A stretch of DNA of 64,000 bases from a virus (IMGVR_UViG_3300045597_000172), one strand, 5' to 3'; shown: positions 8,040-18,240, counted from the first letter of the stretch. The notes: generated by a model not told the origin, from the letters alone. Numbers and translations are program-made.

Positions 8040-11000
8040 ATGCCTGTTGACTTAACAAAAATTAACACTACTAAGCAACAAAAACCAAAATTTAACACAT
8101 CGTATTTTCATCATTCCCTTACGGGAATGGGTGGAAAAGTCGGATTGTTCAATAATACCAATACTGTTATTGCAGACAATTTCAAAAAGCATCTATTCCA
8201 ATCCCAACAAGCACTTCCAATTGTTGATCCAAAATTCAACAAATCTGATAAAGCCTTAATGTATGCTAGTGACCTAACTCCGACTGTGCCGGGAGGATAT
8301 CAAGACGATAAGCACCACACTTTTGATTTGTCGCCCCTCTCTATTTTGGCTCAAACTGAACAAAAATGCCGTACCGTTAGATTTACAAAACTGCCAGCAT
8401 TTCTTGCAGAATTGAAAATGCATGAACTTGCAAAAAACAAAGATGATGAAACGCTTAGCGTTGGACTAATCGCAAATCGTGTTGAATATTATCATTACCG
8501 CAACATGAAAGATACTGCCCTAACTGCCGAATCATTTATTTTACATTCAAGTCTTGTATTAAAAGTTACAAAACCAAATGCTAAACGAACAACTGTTCAC
8601 ATGCTCAGAAATGATAATTCTGAGTTAGTAACTTTACAGAAAAGCAGCAAAAGTAATCAAATCATTGTACTAAACGACATTGATCTGTACGTTGGTAAAG
8701 AAAATGGACAAGCATTACATCCAACACTATTCATGGCATTATCGCAAATTAAAAAGAATTACAATTTACAAGATGCTAAAGCAAAAAACACAAGTTATCC
8801 AAATGATCTATACGCTACGGCATCCGCAATCATGGATTATTTAGAGACCATTAACATGGCAGATTCAATCCGTGAGCAAGCACGAATTAATCATGAAAGT
8901 CTTCTTGATGATTTAGCAACATTGGTTAAGTTCATGAACAACACACCAGAACAATTTAACAACCATAGAAAAATCATCATTAACGCATATCATCTAATTA
9001 AACTGGAAGAGTTAAACTATAAGGAAAATGACTATCAAAGATTTTACAATGAAATCAAGTATCAAACGTTAAAGCATCATTGCAAAAATCCACTATATCG
9101 TTACAAACCATATAATTTTAACAAACTGATTTCCGTAAATACTAGACTTTCATTAACCCACCAAATTAGTAACCTGAAAAATAACTCTGCTGTTTATAAA
9201 TTCTCACCATCTGTTACAAAATTACAAACAACCGAGAAATATTCACCTGAACAATCTGCCATAATTCATACCACTGAACCATATAGTGTCGGAATTGCTG
9301 GAGCAGGATCAGGGAAATCACATACGTTACTAGGCCGATTAGAATTTCTACAACAAAACGGAATTGATTTCAAAAAGGTTTTAGTAACATCCTTTACCAA
9401 TACGGCTGCTCAAAATATTATTAACCGATTCAAAAGTGGAATTAACTCGTTAACTAACGCAAATTTGTTTCATAAAATCTATCAAGCAAATTTCCAACAT
9501 GAATTAACAAACGATCTAACCATCGCAAATTTGTTAAAGATGATTTCAGATTCAGCACCAATTATGAAATCAAATAGTACAATTAACGATACTCGTTTAA
9601 AGTTAGCAAAATTAATTGAAAGCAGTGTTTCAACTGGATTCCAGAAAGTTGATCCTCGAAAAATAACTGAATCATTAATTGCCTTAATCAACGAAAACTT
9701 AGATGACGTTATCACTATTTTAGATGCCGTTGGACAAACAAGTTTATTACTAGAACCAATCGTAATTAACGCATTAATGCAAAATCAAGCAACCATTAAA
9801 TATCCTAAAGAATTAAACAATCTTGACTTCATTATTACAGATGAATCACAAGATACATCCGCCTTTGAATATGTATTGTTATTGCAACTTGCACAAATCA
9901 ATGACGCACAGTTGATGATTATCGGTGATGCAAACCAAACATTGTATGAATTTCGTAATGCAAACCCTGATTTCCTGAATGCTCTTGAACGTTCAGATGT
10001 TTTCAAAACGTACACAATGTCAACAAATTATCGTTCAAAACAAAGTGTATTAACATTAGCAAATCAGTTTTTAGATGTTCTAAAAACAAATTCGACTGCA
10101 AAATTACAATTACATGCAAATAAATACAGTAATTTAGATTTAGCACAATTCAAAGACGACATTGAACTGGAAAACTTGATTTTACAACCTGAATCAAAAA
10201 AGGCAGAAGATTTCAAGTCTGAATTAATTAGAACTTTAGTTGATCGTCAAGACTTTCGTGATTGGGTTATTGACCAATACCATAACAAAAATCAAATTGC
10301 TATCATGGCATATCGTAATAATGACACCCAATCTATTGGCGAAGCCGTTCAAAGAGTCATTGAAAACACCCTTGGACAAACTGTAACTGTCGGATATACA
10401 AGACAGCCAACGCCACGTCCAAATACATGGCTTTCTCAAATGTTAAGTGGAACATACGATGCTGATTTCAAAAAGTTTGCAAAGAGTGGACATTTAACAA
10501 CTAAGCATGTAATCAATAGTTTAACTGCTAGACTTCAAGTCATTGCAAATAAACGTCATTACAACGCTGGCGTAATTAACCAATGGGCTTTAGACCAAGT
10601 AAATGAACTAACAAAACGACAAATTTTCAAAATCAACCTTAATGATCTCAACGCCAAACGTATTTCGTTAGGCGCATTTAATGGCTTCATCTCAATGTGG
10701 TTAATTAAAGCTGAAACTAAGAAAAACAACGTAAGTCGACTAATTAACAATCAACAAAACACCGACTGGCAAAATTGTGACATTGTCGTTTCAACAATTC
10801 ATTCAGCAAAAGGACTTGAGTTTGATTCTGTAATTTGTTACTTTGACGAAACCATGCGTTCAGCAACTACCCAAGAAAATCTTCGATTATTCGGCGTTGC
10901 CTTAACACGTGCAAAAAGTAAAGAACTGATTTTAAACCGTCCAAAATTAGAACGAGTAACCAATGCGATCCCTGTTCCAACAAGCTTTGCATATGAAAAA

Positions 11001-11087
11001 TCAGATATGTTTAAAACACCAATGCGAACTGCATACATGCGTGTAAAACAAGATTTAACACCCGCACCAAAAAAAGTAAATCCATAA
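8040..11087 (+). CDS. UvrD/PcrA-like SF1 helicase with an approximately 400-aa N-terminal extension of unknown function
   Basis: Motif I GIAGAGSGKSHTLLGRL, motif II FIITDESQDTS, motif VI VVSTIHSAKGLEFDSVI, LTRAK near the C-terminus. N-terminal 400 aa have no recognised motif. Confidence 0.7.
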   Translation: MPVDLTKINTTKQQKPKFNTSYFHHSLTGMGGKVGLFNNTNTVIADNFKKHLFQSQQALPIVDPKFNKSDKALMYASDLTPTVPGGYQDDKHHTFDLSPLSILAQTEQKCRTVRFTKLPAFLAELKMHELAKNKDDETLSVGLIANRVEYYHYRNMKDTALTAESFILHSSLVLKVTKPNAKRTTVHMLRNDNSELVTLQKSSKSNQIIVLNDIDLYVGKENGQALHPTLFMALSQIKKNYNLQDAKAKNTSYPNDLYATASAIMDYLETINMADSIREQARINHESLLDDLATLVKFMNNTPEQFNNHRKIIINAYHLIKLEELNYKENDYQRFYNEIKYQTLKHHCKNPLYRYKPYNFNKLISVNTRLSLTHQISNLKNNSAVYKFSPSVTKLQTTEKYSPEQSAIIHTTEPYSVGIAGAGSGKSHTLLGRLEFLQQNGIDFKKVLVTSFTNTAAQNIINRFKSGINSLTNANLFHKIYQANFQHELTNDLTIANLLKMISDSAPIMKSNSTINDTRLKLAKLIESSVSTGFQKVDPRKITESLIALINENLDDVITILDAVGQTSLLLEPIVINALMQNQATIKYPKELNNLDFIITDESQDTSAFEYVLLLQLAQINDAQLMIIGDANQTLYEFRNANPDFLNALERSDVFKTYTMSTNYRSKQSVLTLANQFLDVLKTNSTAKLQLHANKYSNLDLAQFKDDIELENLILQPESKKAEDFKSELIRTLVDRQDFRDWVIDQYHNKNQIAIMAYRNNDTQSIGEAVQRVIENTLGQTVTVGYTRQPTPRPNTWLSQMLSGTYDADFKKFAKSGHLTTKHVINSLTARLQVIANKRHYNAGVINQWALDQVNELTKRQIFKINLNDLNAKRISLGAFNGFISMWLIKAETKKNNVSRLINNQQNTDWQNCDIVVSTIHSAKGLEFDSVICYFDETMRSATTQENLRLFGVALTRAKSKELILNRPKLERVTNAIPVPTSFAYEKSDMFKTPMRTAYMRVKQDLTPAPKKVNP

Positions 11088-11234
11088 AACACAAGCCGTA
11101 AAGGGTACCTTGGCCCTCATGTTGGTTCAAATCCAATTACGGCTATTGCTATTCCAAAAAATATTCGTTATACTGTATCTGTCCAATATTTATATAATTA
11201 TATAAATAATACAGAACACAGGAGGTCAAAAAGA

Positions 11235-11393
11235 ATGTCAGAACGAGAAACATATTCCGTAAGACTATTGCCAAAAATTATGCAACAAGCACAAATAAAA
11301 GCAATTCAAGACGGATATAACAATCGCTCAATCCTAATCGAAAAGGCAATCATCGAATATTTGGAGGCGCACAAAAATGAAACCAAATCGTAA
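11235..11393 (+). CDS. ribbon-helix-helix (CopG/Arc/ParD-like) DNA-binding protein, 52 aa
   Basis: Not in the ORF track because it is under 60 aa. Strong RBS acaggaggtcaaaaaga-ATG. Sequence SVRLLPKIMQQAQIKAIQDGYNNRSILIEKAIIEYLEAH follows the RHH pattern (beta-strand then two helices). Overlaps the start of the nuclease gene. Confidence 0.5.
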   Translation: MSERETYSVRLLPKIMQQAQIKAIQDGYNNRSILIEKAIIEYLEAHKNETKS

Positions 11394-12234
11394 ACAAAAA
11401 TCCCTAGCACTATTACTAATTGGGATCTTAATCGTTATTGTACTATTCATTGCATCAATCGTCATCGGATCAATTGTTAGCAAAATTAGTAACAACAATA
11501 CAACAAAAACCGAAACTGTACAAAAAGCATCATCGTCAAGCAATACCCCAATCCAAAATATGCCAACACAAACACAATATCAAACAGCATATTACAATGT
11601 ACAAAGCATCATTGGGGATGCTACATACAACGGAAACGGCGCTTATATTGTTAACAATAATAAATCAACATTGATTGCAAAAAATTCAACAAAGCCATTT
11701 GCTGCCAACACACTTGACGCAAAAGGTCGTCCAAACACGGCTAACGCATTCTTGACCAAGCAAACAAGACAATATAAAAACCGTGAAGAAACCAATAACG
11801 GTCGTACAAAATGGGTTCCAAACGGATGGCATCAAGTTGTAAATCTTCCCGGAAAATACACATACGCATATAACCGAGGACATTTACTAGCATACGCACT
11901 TGTCGGTGGAATTAAAAAATACGATGCATCTGAATCTAACAAAAAAAATATCATTACACAAACTATGTGGGCAAACCAAGCATCCACAAGTAATAATACC
12001 GGACAGGCATACTATGAAACCATTGTCAGAAAAGCACTTGATAAAAACAAAAAAATAAGATATCAAGTTCGCCCACTCTATGGAGAAAAATCAAGTACAA
12101 ATGTCGTACCCTATGGTGTTCAAATTCAAGCAGTTTCAACAGACGGCACAATTAACTTCAACGTATTCATTCCAAATGCTCAAGGAAACATCAATGTAAA
12201 TTACAGTAACGGAACGGTTACACAATCAAATTAA
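11377..12234 (+). CDS. membrane-anchored DNA/RNA non-specific endonuclease, EndA/DNA-entry-nuclease-like
   Basis: N-terminal TM helix LALLLIGILIVIVLFIASIVIGSIV. Catalytic-region motif NRGHLLAYALVGG...SNKKNIITQTMWANQ resembles the (D/N)RGH...N...WxNQ signature of the EndA/Endonuclease_NS family. Confidence 0.55.
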   Translation: MKPNRKQKSLALLLIGILIVIVLFIASIVIGSIVSKISNNNTTKTETVQKASSSSNTPIQNMPTQTQYQTAYYNVQSIIGDATYNGNGAYIVNNNKSTLIAKNSTKPFAANTLDAKGRPNTANAFLTKQTRQYKNREETNNGRTKWVPNGWHQVVNLPGKYTYAYNRGHLLAYALVGGIKKYDASESNKKNIITQTMWANQASTSNNTGQAYYETIVRKALDKNKKIRYQVRPLYGEKSSTNVVPYGVQIQAVSTDGTINFNVFIPNAQGNINVNYSNGTVTQSN

Positions 12235-12260
12235 CAACGTAAGAAAGGAACATCAAAAGC

Positions 12261-12953
12261 ATGAAATTACTAGCAGAAGAAAATCTTGCTAACAACATTG
12301 TTACAGCTATCGAACACAGCTTTACCCTGCAAAAAAATATACACGTAACCTTTATTTCAGGAAATCAATTAAAAGAAATTCCAATTGGACAAAAAATACT
12401 TGATAACAGTCTAAACGATCTACAAGAAAATTATCACTTGAAAATCGGAAAGAACTATAACCAAATCGTGCCAACTAGACTATATCTAACGATCTTTGAA
12501 CCTCTGGCAAATAATCAAAACAGCATAAAACTAGTCGTACCATTCAGCGCTAACATTGCAAGCATTCTAATCGGAGCATTAATCAAAAATCCAAAAGATA
12601 AAACATGGACCGAAACTGAAATCACCACTAATCTGGACGAAATAAAAAGAAAATCATTTGACGATCTCGTTATTTACCAGTTGTTTAAATTCTACACACC
12701 TGATAAAGAGAAAGTACCTACTGTTCCAAAAGAAATCCTGAAAAAAATTTCATACAAAGGTTTCGAAAACGACAGTTTTAACATGGAAATTCTATTTGAA
12801 CTTCCAATTAATGATATTTACCAACCATTACAACTAAAAATCATCGAACACGAAAAAAACACAGATTACAATGAAATCTCATTGGCACCCGTGAAATTTA
12901 TCAGTTACGATGAAAAATCAAAAAAAGTACAACTAATTACTTCCTTATACTAA
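12261..12953 (+). CDS. hypothetical protein
   Basis: ORF with gaaaggaacatcaaaagc-ATG RBS. No motif recognised. Confidence 0.4.
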   Translation: MKLLAEENLANNIVTAIEHSFTLQKNIHVTFISGNQLKEIPIGQKILDNSLNDLQENYHLKIGKNYNQIVPTRLYLTIFEPLANNQNSIKLVVPFSANIASILIGALIKNPKDKTWTETEITTNLDEIKRKSFDDLVIYQLFKFYTPDKEKVPTVPKEILKKISYKGFENDSFNMEILFELPINDIYQPLQLKIIEHEKNTDYNEISLAPVKFISYDEKSKKVQLITSLY

Positions 12954-12989
12954 CCGAATAAAAATTAAGAAAGGAGGTCTTCTTATCAC

Positions 12990-15377
12990 ATGTTTAATTA
13001 TCAATCATTGATCAATCCTACTACCTCTGGAATATATCTAAAAGTACCAGCAAGATCACGAAAACAAGAATTTGCATTATATAAAATCACAGACGAGCCG
13101 CAAACAAATCTTGATGAACTAGAAAAAAACTTCGATTTTCGTTATCTAACACTTCAAAAGAACTCATTAACACTGGTATTAATTCCATTCGAAAACGAAA
13201 TCCGATCTGACCAATTTGAAAATCTGGAATTTGAATTTTTTAACGATAACTTCTCAAAATATACGTATGGACATTCATACCGCGACCGAAGCACTAATAT
13301 TGTACCTTTTGAACTACATCATCCTAAAAGTGATTACGTAAACGCTATGAAATTCGTACAAGATCAACAAATATATTTTGACACTGACAAAATTAAAGAA
13401 GCTTTAGCTGAATACGTTAAGACTGAAGAATTTAAAGATATTAGTATCGATGCCTTGAAAACAAGAACATTTTTGCATTCATTAGCAAACGATGTCTATA
13501 ACAGTATTTACACACAAACCGATTTGGACTTGATTTTAAGTATCTTACGACCTCATATTAAGAAAATCGGAAAAGAATATAAAACTGCATATAGTGAAAT
13601 TGATCAAAGTTCAGAACTTAGAGCAAGAACCAAGCCATTTGGACAATACCTAAAGTTATATCGAACCAACCACGGACAAGCCAAAAATATTGCACAGCAA
13701 ATGTTATCGATGATGGCAAGTGATTTTGAACCTAACCCGAAATTGGATCTCTCAATTGCTGCCGATTTAATATCTCAAATCTATCCACCTGCATTAATTG
13801 AAGGTGGTGGCCATGACCGTGATAATGTAGTAATCTTTGATCCACTTGAAGGAATCTGGATTCATAATGAAGACTTATTTTATTCGTTACTAACTGCAAT
13901 ACGTCCATATTCAAAACAAAACGAATTAACGACTATGGTTGCAACATTTGCAGCACAAGCACGTAATAAAGACTCATTTATAAAACCCTATAACCAAAGT
14001 AGATACTTGCCGTTTAAAAACGTAGTTTTAGATGTAAAAACAAAATTGACATATCCTCTCGATCACGATTTAGTCAAAAAACTACACTTTATTGAAAGAA
14101 CTCAAATAAATCTAAACTATGATCCCGAAGTTATTGCTGCCCCAGAATTTCCGGGAAAATTGAATAACCGAAATAAAAACGGAAACTTCACATGGGATCC
14201 ATGGACATTCTTTATGGCTTACGCTGATAACGATCCTAAGAAATTAAACTTCTTCATGTTTTGTCTTTCACTCGGACTATTCTCAGGACACAATTTCGGT
14301 GTTCATGTCAATATCAAAGGTGAATCTCGTTGGGGTAAAACAATCATTAGTGAAGTATTCAAAGGACTATTCCCCGGAAAAGTCTTTACCAAAGCATTTT
14401 CAACATTAAATGAACAATTTGGATTTACCAGTTATGATCCTTCGACAAGTGTTATCTGGATCGATGAATGTAACAGCGATGCCGCACCATTAAATAACGA
14501 ATACGGTATTCAAGTATATGATTCCTTAGCAAATAACCAAGCCCATTTACAAGTTAAAAGTAAAGGAGATCTTCAACTAAATAATCCGCCACAAATGTTC
14601 ATTGATGGTACATCATTTGTAAAAGCTAAAGATATGGATACTGGTCCTGCCGGTAGAACCTTAGTTTATAAATTACCAATGGAAGATGACTCAAAAAACA
14701 GCATCACTGAATTAATCCATCAAGCCTACGCAAAAGACATTATTGAATTATTACAAGATGAAGCTGTTTTACAATTTCTAGTAAACATGATGATTGAAGC
14801 TTACCGTACCTGTCTAGGTTTGACCCCTGATAACTACGATCGATTGTGGTCGTTAAAACTCAATTTAGGTGGACATTCAAGCGATACAACATTACTTCCC
14901 GAATTTGCACGTGATTGGCGTCAAGAAATGGCCAAAACGCAAGGTGGCGACATTCAAGAATGGTTTGAATATGATTTCATGCCATACTTCTCAACTGATC
15001 CAAAAGAGCCAACAAAGATGCACAACGCATTAGCATACTTATTCTATGCCAATGATTACAAAACAAAATACAGTCGCCAAGACCCACACAACCAATTCAT
15101 GTTGGCTGAACGAAACTTTTCTAATCAATTCAAAAATCTACTTAAAGAAAACGGTTGGGAACGTTCCGAAGTACGTGAAGCAAACGGAAGAAAAACTAGA
15201 CAGTCAAACAAATATCTATCAAAACTTAATTTCGCAGAACAAGCCTATAAAGATGACGGACATCAAATTCCAATTGAATTTACAAAAGAAAACATTGATT
15301 CCGATCGTCCATTGAGTTCATATCCACTTGGTATGAAAGTAACTGGTTGGTATAAAATAATCAAAGTAAAGCAATGA
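12990..15377 (+). CDS. P-loop NTPase, putative replicative primase-associated helicase (SF3/D5-P4-like)
   Basis: Walker A IKGESRWGKTIISEVF, Walker B-like VIWIDECNSD. 795 aa. Lies upstream of an AEP-type primase candidate. aaggaggtcttcttatcac-ATG RBS. Confidence 0.45.
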   Translation: MFNYQSLINPTTSGIYLKVPARSRKQEFALYKITDEPQTNLDELEKNFDFRYLTLQKNSLTLVLIPFENEIRSDQFENLEFEFFNDNFSKYTYGHSYRDRSTNIVPFELHHPKSDYVNAMKFVQDQQIYFDTDKIKEALAEYVKTEEFKDISIDALKTRTFLHSLANDVYNSIYTQTDLDLILSILRPHIKKIGKEYKTAYSEIDQSSELRARTKPFGQYLKLYRTNHGQAKNIAQQMLSMMASDFEPNPKLDLSIAADLISQIYPPALIEGGGHDRDNVVIFDPLEGIWIHNEDLFYSLLTAIRPYSKQNELTTMVATFAAQARNKDSFIKPYNQSRYLPFKNVVLDVKTKLTYPLDHDLVKKLHFIERTQINLNYDPEVIAAPEFPGKLNNRNKNGNFTWDPWTFFMAYADNDPKKLNFFMFCLSLGLFSGHNFGVHVNIKGESRWGKTIISEVFKGLFPGKVFTKAFSTLNEQFGFTSYDPSTSVIWIDECNSDAAPLNNEYGIQVYDSLANNQAHLQVKSKGDLQLNNPPQMFIDGTSFVKAKDMDTGPAGRTLVYKLPMEDDSKNSITELIHQAYAKDIIELLQDEAVLQFLVNMMIEAYRTCLGLTPDNYDRLWSLKLNLGGHSSDTTLLPEFARDWRQEMAKTQGGDIQEWFEYDFMPYFSTDPKEPTKMHNALAYLFYANDYKTKYSRQDPHNQFMLAERNFSNQFKNLLKENGWERSEVREANGRKTRQSNKYLSKLNFAEQAYKDDGHQIPIEFTKENIDSDRPLSSYPLGMKVTGWYKIIKVKQ

Positions 15378-15418
15378 CGGTGAAAAGCCGGTGTTAGGTG
15401 CAATTCCTAACATTGCTA
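15370..15418 (+). ncRNA. mini tRNA-like element (7-bp acceptor-like stem, short hairpin, T-arm with loop UGCAAUU); function unknown
   Basis: agcaatg...cattgct 7-bp closing stem. T-arm ttagg-tgcaatt-cctaa. Overlaps the stop codon of the upstream CDS. The 11-mer ggtgcaattcc recurs at 25630. Confidence 0.3.
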
Positions 15419-15463
15419 TAGTTCTATTAATACAAATAAACATGAAAGGATTGTTAATTATCA

Positions 15464-15829
15464 ATGAAATTACATCAAAAAAGTGTAAATATTAAACTTG
15501 ATGAAAATTTATCAAACGAAGTCTTCAACTATTTACAAACTAGCCCCCTATCCGAAGCTAAAAGCTTAACAAACCTTTTGACAATTGGACTAGATGTTGT
15601 AAACGGAAAATATCATGACCGTGAACTTCACGGACTAGAAACTAGAAACGATGAAGTAATCAGAATGCTAACTGCAATTGAAACTCACCAAAAAGTATTA
15701 CAACAAGGTCTGGCAGATATTAATGATGCAGTTACCGATCAAATCAGCGATACTGATTTACTAACTGATCCAATTACAAAAACAGCAATGAAAAAAGAAG
15801 AGCTTAGAAAGGATTCTCAAAATGCATAA
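15464..15829 (+). CDS. hypothetical protein, possibly RHH-like DNA-binding N-terminus
   Basis: N-terminus KSVNIKLDENLSNEVFNYLQ...SEAKSLTNLLTIGLD has strand-helix-helix character. Weak call. Confidence 0.35.
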   Translation: MKLHQKSVNIKLDENLSNEVFNYLQTSPLSEAKSLTNLLTIGLDVVNGKYHDRELHGLETRNDEVIRMLTAIETHQKVLQQGLADINDAVTDQISDTDLLTDPITKTAMKKEELRKDSQNA

Positions 15830-15962
15830 GAACAAGAAGAAATCACAAATCAAAAAGAAATTACGTCGTATTAAAGCAAAGAATATTGCAAATCAAATAA
15901 AAATTCAAAGCCTAAAGAAGACGTCTAAATCATAATAATTATTGTAAAAAAGGAGGTATAAT

Positions 15963-17009
15963 ATGACATCTTTTTATCAATTAATGAAAAATTTGGATCT
16001 TGCAAATGAACCGATTTGGACAATTTCTACGCTTAAAAAGCAGCCCTTAAATCCAAAACCTGCTTTAGCTGCTCACTTTAATCCCAAAACATTCCAAGAA
16101 TGGTTTGAATTATGTTCTGATCCAGAAAATCAATTAGTTACACTAACAGAACTATATAACGAACCAATGGCACCGCTTGACTTATGTACATTACGTGTGA
16201 ATATTGATAGTCAAAAAATCATGCTCGTGGATATTGAGGCAACTTACGATAAAAAAGTAAATCACTACCTAAAAAAAATGCCAGTCATATACGGAGAACA
16301 ATCAAAACATGGTGGTCAACACTACATCATACCAATTCCGGACAATGTTAAAAACGACATTAAATATCATGCGCTATTTATCAAATCGCAAGTTAAATTT
16401 GGCGAAACCAAAGAAAAACACTCTGGTGTTGAAGTATTCTTTCACAACCATTATTTAACATTTACTCAAAACCAAATTCCAATCAAAAATAAGAATACGG
16501 AACAAGATTTAAGGTATTTCCTAGATTATCTAGTTAACAATGTAAACACTAAAAGTATTAATGCCAACACGTATGTTACAAACCAATCCGACATTCCAAC
16601 CGATGCTCTCATAATTGCAAAACACGCAATTACTAAAAGTGGAGATCGCGATATTAAAAAATTCATTGCAAACAATGATTTACCAAACGATTCACAACGT
16701 GAATACCGAAATCTATATGTAATTGCTCGCAATATTATTAAAACCGAACAGTCGCATTACATGGCAAGTCCATTTGCACCAAACGAACTAATTAATCCAA
16801 AATCTGCACATGATCCAAAAATGTTAACATGGGCATTATTACATCTAGCATATAAATACCTAGAACCACGTACTAATCCAAACGTTAGTCCAAATGACCC
16901 AAATGATAAAAGTAATAAATGGAACCAAATGTCAAGTACAAATCAAACATACATTCAATATTCATGTAATAAGGCAATCAGTTACTGTTTAAAAAACAAA
17001 TCCTCATAA
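15963..17009 (+). CDS. archaeo-eukaryotic primase (AEP) PrimPol-like protein
   Basis: Motif I IMLVDIEATYD (DxE). Motif II about 25 aa later, SKHGGQHYIIPIP, matching the sGxGhH pattern. aaaaaggaggtataat-ATG RBS. Confidence 0.45.
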   Translation: MTSFYQLMKNLDLANEPIWTISTLKKQPLNPKPALAAHFNPKTFQEWFELCSDPENQLVTLTELYNEPMAPLDLCTLRVNIDSQKIMLVDIEATYDKKVNHYLKKMPVIYGEQSKHGGQHYIIPIPDNVKNDIKYHALFIKSQVKFGETKEKHSGVEVFFHNHYLTFTQNQIPIKNKNTEQDLRYFLDYLVNNVNTKSINANTYVTNQSDIPTDALIIAKHAITKSGDRDIKKFIANNDLPNDSQREYRNLYVIARNIIKTEQSHYMASPFAPNELINPKSAHDPKMLTWALLHLAYKYLEPRTNPNVSPNDPNDKSNKWNQMSSTNQTYIQYSCNKAISYCLKNKSS

Positions 17010-17023
17010 AACCTTTCAGTTCT

Positions 17024-17045
17024 ACTTACATGAGGCACTAAAAGT
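17024..17045 (+). terminator. rho-independent terminator
   Basis: aggcac-taaaa-gtgcct followed by ttttt. Confidence 0.6.
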
Positions 17046-17137
17046 GCCTTTTTTCTTTATTGTTGATTAATGGTTTAAAAACCCATTAACTTACAATATT
17101 TTATTGTATATTAAAAAACCGAAAGGAGAATCCCATT

Positions 17138-17281
17138 ATGAAGAAGGTAATTCACGCAATTAAAGGAATCAGCCTACTATTAATAATTGGGCTAAGCGTG
17201 TCTACCTTCATCATGATTAGAGTTATAATAGGCTTATGGATTGTTATCCAACTATTATGGCAAGGGTTCACACTTGGCTAA
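17138..17281 (+). CDS. small membrane protein (47 aa)
   Basis: Not in the ORF track. RBS gaaaggagaatcccatt-ATG. Hydrophobic sequence ISLLLIIGLSVSTFIMIRVIIGLWIVIQLLW. Confidence 0.4.
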   Translation: MKKVIHAIKGISLLLIIGLSVSTFIMIRVIIGLWIVIQLLWQGFTLG

Positions 17282-17391
17282 TAAACGACCGGTAAGTCGA
17301 TAAAAACTGCCAACTAAAAAACAGTCGACCAGTCAAGTCGTTAAATACCGACACAAAACTATAATACAAAAACTAAAGGAGGAGTCTAATT

Positions 17392-18078
17392 ATGGCTCTA
17401 CAAAAACGTCCATCTCTTTATGATTTCGTAAACCCCGGTGATCGGGTAGTATTAAAAGGTATCTTAGCATATTCATCTCTTCGTGAAAAGCGCAAGCCAA
17501 AGATTCAAAGCAAGTTTAATAACGATCCTCGTTATACTATCACAATCATTGATCCTGAAATTGTTAATGGTGCAGATACTGAACTTGGAAAGAACATTGT
17601 GCGTAAAGATGTCTCACATGGTTTCTATGATAGCAAAGCTGGCAAGTATGCTGGACACACTGCTTGGACTTTCGACTCGACTTCACTGTTTGCCCCAGCA
17701 ATTTACACCAAAGAAACTGGTAGCGACCATGTTCCAGCAAATGACTTCTTAGAAAAGGAATTGGGTGCTGGACAAGAAGTTGAAGTATTGTTCTCAATCT
17801 ATCACAACAACAAACGTGATATTAACAGTGGTCAACTTGACGGTGTCGTAATTGCTTCACCAGAAAACATTCAGTATTACGGTAGTGGTACCGATTATAC
17901 AGATATGCTGGGTAAGCCAAAGGGTACTTTACAAAAGTACGTTGACGAACGAAAAGCTGAACAAGGTGAAACTAATGTGGAAGATACTACTGAACCACAA
18001 AACGAACCTGCTGAAGAAAAGAAAGACGATGCAAAAGTCCAAAAGAAGGCCGAACAATTATTCGGTGATGACGACTAG
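17392..18078 (+). CDS. abundant small protein with an acidic C-terminal tail; possible ssDNA-binding (SSB-like) protein
   Basis: Very strong RBS ctaaaggaggagtctaatt-ATG. Host-like, higher-GC codon usage. C-terminal EEKKDDAKVQKKAEQLFGDDD tail reminiscent of SSB and T7 gp2.5 tails. Followed by a strong terminator. Function is inferred only. Confidence 0.35.
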   Translation: MALQKRPSLYDFVNPGDRVVLKGILAYSSLREKRKPKIQSKFNNDPRYTITIIDPEIVNGADTELGKNIVRKDVSHGFYDSKAGKYAGHTAWTFDSTSLFAPAIYTKETGSDHVPANDFLEKELGAGQEVEVLFSIYHNNKRDINSGQLDGVVIASPENIQYYGSGTDYTDMLGKPKGTLQKYVDERKAEQGETNVEDTTEPQNEPAEEKKDDAKVQKKAEQLFGDDD

Positions 18079-18093
18079 TCATTAGTTGTCACA

Positions 18094-18160
18094 AAGCATG
18101 ATTCAAAATAGTTTGCTGTTTCTATTGGTGAATCAGACGGTTCAAGTCCGTCCATGCTTA
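18094..18160 (+). ncRNA. degenerate tRNA-like element (acceptor-like stem plus canonical T-arm, no clear D or anticodon arms)
   Basis: aagcatg...catgctt 7-bp stem. T-arm gacgg-ttcaagt-ccgtc. Located between the CDS stop and the terminator. Confidence 0.3.
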
Positions 18161-18165
18161 TACAA

Positions 18166-18189
18166 CGCACCAGTTGGTGCGTTTTTTTT
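18166..18189 (+). terminator. rho-independent terminator
   Basis: cgcacc-agtt-ggtgcg followed by tttttttt. Confidence 0.7.
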
Positions 18190-18240
18190 ATTATGTAAAT
18201 TAAAAATTAAAAAAAAATACTAAAGAAAGGAACACCACTT

